Source of the DNA: Octopus sinensis
Taxonomy: Eukaryota
Direction: 5' to 3'
DNA: 12,658 bases
Assembly: GCF_006345805.1 (NCBI RefSeq)
Contig: NW_021826533.1
Location: 1-12,658, forward strand
The stretch's first letter is position 1. The number at the start of each line of letters is the position of its first letter. The position numbers were made by a program, and so were the translations under genes. The notes beneath the pieces are model-generated. The model was not told the origin of the DNA and made no database searches. It worked only from the letters and a program-made list of their open reading frames with translations. Shown here piece after piece: positions 8,934-12,658 of this stretch.

Positions 8934-9130
8934 TTTCTGTGTTTGTCCTCCAATTATAGCTTGTCAACCGATGTTGATGTGGTTACGCCCCTGTAACTTA
9001 GCGGTTTAGCAAACGAAACCTATAGAATAAGTGCTAGGCTTATAAAAAATAAATCCTGGGGTCGATTTGTTCGCCTAAAGGCGGTGCTCCAGCATGGCCG
9101 CAGTCAAATGAGTGAAACAAATAAACGAAT
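8728..9130 (+). mobile_element. Family B SINE (CORE-type, OR2-like), full length, internal (TA)n at ~8891-8930
   Basis: Head ggcgtaggagTGGCTGTGTGGtaag..ccGGGTTCAGCC; CORE-like gtggcaccttgggcaagcgtctt; tail ggcggtgctccagcatggccgcagtcaaatgagtgaaacaa. Confidence 0.88.
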
Positions 9131-9142
9131 GAAGTAAACGAT

Positions 9143-9151
9143 TCTCTCTCA

Positions 9152-9228
<77 letters not shown>

Positions 9229-9255
9229 CCTGTCTGTCTGTCTGTCTGTCTGTCT
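9143..9255. repeat. Compound (CT)n-(CTAT)n-(CTGT)n microsatellite
   Basis: Direct reading. Confidence 0.95.
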
Positions 9256-9539
9256 TTCTACCCTCCATGTTTGCTTTCGTTCGGTTTCCTCGTATGTCTC
9301 CGCTGTCCTGTTTTGTTCTCAACTTTGAGCCTACGTAAATCCTTAATTTTATTTTAGAATTTATGGGAGCAACTGTTTTTCGAAATGAGGAGTAGATAGA
9401 CAACCGACAACTAATGAAGGGTCCTTTCTCTGTGTTTACAAGTCCTGTTTCCCATTTTTCCTCTTGTTTACGAATTTAACTCGTTTGTCTACGTATTTCA
9501 CGTTGCTTACACAGTTGGTGACGTCCTGTATCCATATAT

Positions 9540-9540
9540 G

Positions 9541-9580
<40 letters not shown>

Positions 9581-9702
9581 ACATACATACATACATACAT
9601 ACATACATACACACATATATATATACTATATATATATATATAAGATATAATATATATATATATATAATATTATATAGTATATATATATTATATATATATA
9701 TA
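9540..9702. repeat. Compound (CA)n-(CATA)n-(TA)n microsatellite
   Basis: Direct reading. Confidence 0.95.
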
Positions 9703-9744
9703 ACAAGTAAAGTGTTGTAAGGTACCGCACGAGTAGAATTATAT

Positions 9745-9912
9745 ATGAAAGAAGGTTTGAAAATGCAATTTTATGAGACTCGAACTCACACCTCCGTGAT
9801 TACGCGTCGCGGTGCTCTGAACCATTAAGCTAAACCGGTTCAGGCACCGCGACGCGTAATCACGAGGTGTGAGTTCGAGTCTCATAAAATTGCATTTCAA
9901 ACCTTCTTTCAT
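9745..9912. repeat. Long inverted repeat: 79-bp and 76-bp arms with a 13-nt spacer
   Basis: Left arm 9745-9823 and right arm 9837-9912 are exact reverse complements apart from three single-base gaps in the right arm. The spacer is attaagctaaacc. Confidence 0.95.
9764..9836 (-). pseudogene. tRNA-Thr(CGT)-like Pol III unit forming the left arm and loop of the palindrome
   Basis: Minus strand: A-box TAGCTTAATGG, D-stem GCTT/GAGC, anticodon stem CGCGA/TCACG (one mismatch) with loop CG-CGT-AA, variable loop GAGGT, T-arm GTGAG-TTCGAGT-CTCAT, then TTTT. The acceptor stem does not pair beyond 2 bp and position 33 is not U. Confidence 0.7.
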
Positions 9913-10873
9913 CTTTATATATAAAAAACTGAGAACGTGTGTGTGTCTGTCTGTCTGTGTGTTTCCCCCTAAACTTGAGAACTACACAACCAATTTCATT
10001 CAAATTATACACATGCATTACTAGTCCGCGGGAGTGTCATCGGCAAAAAAAATGTTCTTGCCTAGAGCGAGCCCATGCAATATCATATCTTCCTCCACTA
10101 TTTCAGTATTACGTGTTAAAAGTGAAACAAAAACGCTTCTCTATTTTATGTCAGATACTTTCATTTTAACAATAAAAATAATAATAACAATTCAATTATA
10201 TGTAGTATGTAATAATTAAAATCAAACTAAAGTATAATATAATCGTAACATAACAAAAGTAAAAATAGCAATTGGCATAAAATTGCAACAATGACTTGAA
10301 CTTGAATAAGTGGTTTCACATGAATGAGAATAAATTAAAAATAAAATTAGCGTGCAGAAATAGAATAGTCCAGAGGGATAATAAAAAATTAAGTTAAAGA
10401 AAAGACTATTGTCTATAAAGTATACAATGTAGAGAAAAAAGAAGATTTGAACACATAGAGGACTATGAAAGATATCTAATCAGAGGCGGTAAATTCGCTA
10501 CAATAGAAGCAAGTTTCGAGTCAACGGAGCGTGCAAGGGAGTACTCGACTCGAACTTGCAAAGTGGAAATATTTTATTTTTACCTTTACATCTGGGACGT
10601 AGGACGTCCCGGAAAAAAATTTTAAGCTGGATTGTAGCCACACTTCTATACAAGAGGGAGAACAAGATACAATGATCGAAATTACAGAGACGGGCTAACA
10701 ATTCCAGTCTGTTAGATATTTTGAGTATTGTTATCACTAGCGATATCAAGATATAACTTTTATTTTGTATTTTATTGTGTAGATGTATATATATAGATGT
10801 ACATGTAATATGTACACATGTATACATGCACTAGCACTATGACCCGGCAACGACGGCAATGAGTTTCAGCTCT
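9912..10873 (+). mobile_element. Probable non-autonomous Helitron
   Basis: Starts A|TCtttatatataaaa, then short (TG)/(TCTG)n and an aactacacaaccaatttcattcaaatt motif like DINE-1/Lep1-type Helitron heads (recall). Near the end is a degenerate hairpin ccggc-aac-gacgg (10844-10856) followed by cagctc, where CTAG would be expected. No TSD. Confidence 0.55.
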
Positions 10874-10874
10874 T

Positions 10875-10933
<59 letters not shown>
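10874..10933. repeat. (TA)n microsatellite
   Basis: Direct reading. Confidence 0.95.
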
Positions 10934-10936
10934 GAA

Positions 10937-11170
10937 TTGGGTTGGTCCATAATTATTGCGGCTTTTTTCAATAAATTTTATCCACGAAAAAAATATACAA
11001 TATGTAACAAAAATATCTTTAAAATTATTATTCCGGAGCATATTTCACCATCTACTTCAATTACTGCTTCCCATTTACTTAGCAGACGGTCAGACCGTCA
11101 TTTGAAGGTTTTTGGTAAATTAAATGTTTTTGTTGAAGAAAAGCGGCAATCAATATTATGCACCACCCAA
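10937..11170 (-). mobile_element. Internally deleted mariner (Tc1/mariner) element, ~234 bp
   Basis: TIR ttgggttggtccataattattgcggctttt matches the reverse complement of the right end ttgggtggtgcataatattgattgccgctttt. Both resemble Hsmar1/MADE1-type TIRs (TTAGGTTGGTGCAAAAGTAATTGCGG). The expected TA TSDs read AA and TG. Confidence 0.85.
11028..11091 (-). pseudogene. Mariner transposase extreme C-terminal remnant (DRLLSKWEAVIEVDGE / frameshift / YAPE*)
   Basis: Manual translation of the minus strand fits the mariner C-terminal L..[RK]W..VI...G.Y pattern, with a 1-bp insertion before the Tyr codon. Confidence 0.75.
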
Positions 11171-11201
<31 letters not shown>

Positions 11202-11382
11202 TGTGTGTGTGTGTGTGCGCGTGCGTGCGTGTGTGCGTGTGTGTGGTTGTTTGCGTGGGTGCATGTGTGTAGGAGCATGTGTGTGTGCATGTGTGTGTGC
11301 GCGCGTTTGTTTGCGTGTGTGTGTGTGTTGTTTTGTGTGCGCTTATGTGTTCCGTGTTATGTATGTGTATGTGTGTGTGTGT
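11171..11382. repeat. Imperfect (TG)n/(TGCG)n microsatellite
   Basis: Direct reading. Confidence 0.93.
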
Positions 11383-11734
11383 ATTACAAAGAAGTCTTAA
11401 TTCAAACTCAGTTGCAAAATTTATTCGCACACATCGTTTTCTGAAGTTATCAACGACACACCAAAATATGCCACAGTCCACCTTGAGATAATTTGAGTAC
11501 AGGTCATTTGACAGTCTTACTCGATATCTTAAGAGAAATTTCTTCCATGCCCAATGGAATCTGTACTGATGTACGAGTCCATTACTTGGACTTTCACCAA
11601 ATGCTCGAATGCAAGGCTCGTTTGTGCTTGCACCCTCATGGCCTCTGAAAGACCGCATAAGATTTTGGGGGCCCAGGCTACAAAATACTAAACTGGAGAC
11701 CCAATATAGTATTTAAGGTTCCCTGAAAAAAATT

Positions 11735-12658
11735 TGCTTTAGATGTATTTATTGCAAGAAGCAGCTAGGTTTCATTCTGTAACATTTTTACATAGTTCAA
11801 CCTACGACAAGTTAATGTGTGAAAAACAAATAAGGAATTTGGAAAGAAGTTTCTATACTCCTTACTCTTTTACTCTTTTACTTGTTTCAGTCATTTGACT
11901 GCGGCCATCCTGGAGCACCGCCTTTAGTCGAGCAAAACGACCCCGGGACTTATCCTTTGTAAGCCTAGTACTTATTCTATCGGTCTCTTTTGCCGAACCG
12001 CTAAGTTACGGGGACCTAAACGCACCAGCATCGGTTGTCAAGCGATGTTGGAGGTGGGGAGACAAACAGTCACACAAACATATACACACCACATAATATA
12101 TATATACTATATATAATAATATATATATATATAATATATATATATATATCTATGCGACTTGCTTCTTTCAGTTTCCGTCTACCAATCCACTCCAGGCATT
12201 GGTCGGCCCGAGGCTATAGTAGAGAAGACACTTACCCAAGGTGCCTCGCAGCGGGACTGAACCCGGAACCATGTGGTTGGTAAGCAAGCTACTTACCACA
12301 CCGGCTATAGGGGTTCGCCAGAATGAAATGGTAAGCAAGAAATCCATAGATAAAACGGTTGAGAAACCCTGCTTTAGATGATGTGTTGATATGTATTGCA
12401 AGAAACAACTTGGTTCTTTCTCTAACATTTTTACATACTTCAACCTACGACAAGTTAATGTGTGAATAATGAATAAAATCTATAAAGTAGTTTTTAAACA
12501 TTGAATGGGGGTTCACCAGAATAAAATTGTGATCAAAGGAGTCCTAGATTTAAAAAATGCTTGAGACCCCTGCTTTAGATGTATGTATTGGTAGCTATCG
12601 CAAGGAACAGCTAGATTTCTTTTCTCTAACATTTTTACATAGTTCAACCTACGACAAG
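11735..12658. repeat. ~200-bp tandem repeat (at least 3 units, runs off the window); first unit interrupted by a SINE
   Basis: tgctttagatg at 11735, 12370 and 12571. The block taacatttttacata.ttcaacctacgacaag(ttaatgtgtgaa) is at 11780, 12423 and 12627, and ggggttc.ccagaat.aaat is at ~12310 and ~12507. Confidence 0.85.
11861..12305 (-). mobile_element. Family B SINE (CORE-type, OR2-like), internal (TA)n at ~12095-12150
   Basis: Tail (actctttt)n-cttgtttcagtcatttgactgcggcc; CORE-like agacacttacccaaggtgcc; head gactgaacccggaaccatgtggttgg..cttaccaca. Confidence 0.9.

Noticed and set aside
9400-9540. Segment gacaactaatgaaggg..gacgtcctgtatccatatatgcat, resembling a Penelope-like or other dispersed repeat end
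   Set aside because: The resemblance is from vague recall only; there is no second copy or structural hallmark in the window.
9764-9836. Functional tRNA-Thr gene
   Set aside because: The acceptor stem is unpaired beyond 2 bp, position 33 is G rather than U, and there is an extra base before the anticodon stem. It is kept only as tRNA-like.
11085-11099. Perfect 7-bp inverted repeat gacggtc-a-gaccgtc
   Set aside because: It is short, lies within the mariner transposase remnant, and is likely incidental.
11079-11491. Cluster of CV/HT-rich ORFs
   Set aside because: They are translations of the (TG)n tract at 11171-11382.

Overview
This is eukaryotic, AT-rich, repeat-dense non-coding DNA (intron or intergenic). 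From recall of its SINE families it is most consistent with an octopus (coleoid cephalopod) genome; I could not verify that by search. I can support no intact protein-coding gene, and nearly all ORFs in the track are microsatellite or repeat read-throughs. The window holds three tRNA-derived SINE families: A (8 copies or fragments, Meta/Sauria-like central motif), B (4 copies, CORE-type, OR2-like, with an internal microsatellite) and C (2 copies). It also has a TTAA-flanked piggyBac-like element with nested insertions, a 430-bp MITE carrying (TTAGGG)n, a mariner MITE with a transposase C-terminal remnant, a probable non-autonomous Helitron, a ~200-bp tandem repeat with hAT-like ends, and many microsatellites. 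The most notable structures are: (1) a 168-bp near-perfect palindrome built from a tRNA-Thr(CGT)-like Pol III unit (9745-9912); (2) a family-A SINE variant whose internal 184-bp unit occurs 3x, 2x and 1x in three separate copies; (3) a chimeric ~125-bp tandem repeat joining a SINE tail to an antisense tRNA-like T-arm; (4) a duplicated SINE head plus flank. I see no evidence of a new protein-based system; any novelty lies in repeat architecture and possible non-coding RNA.
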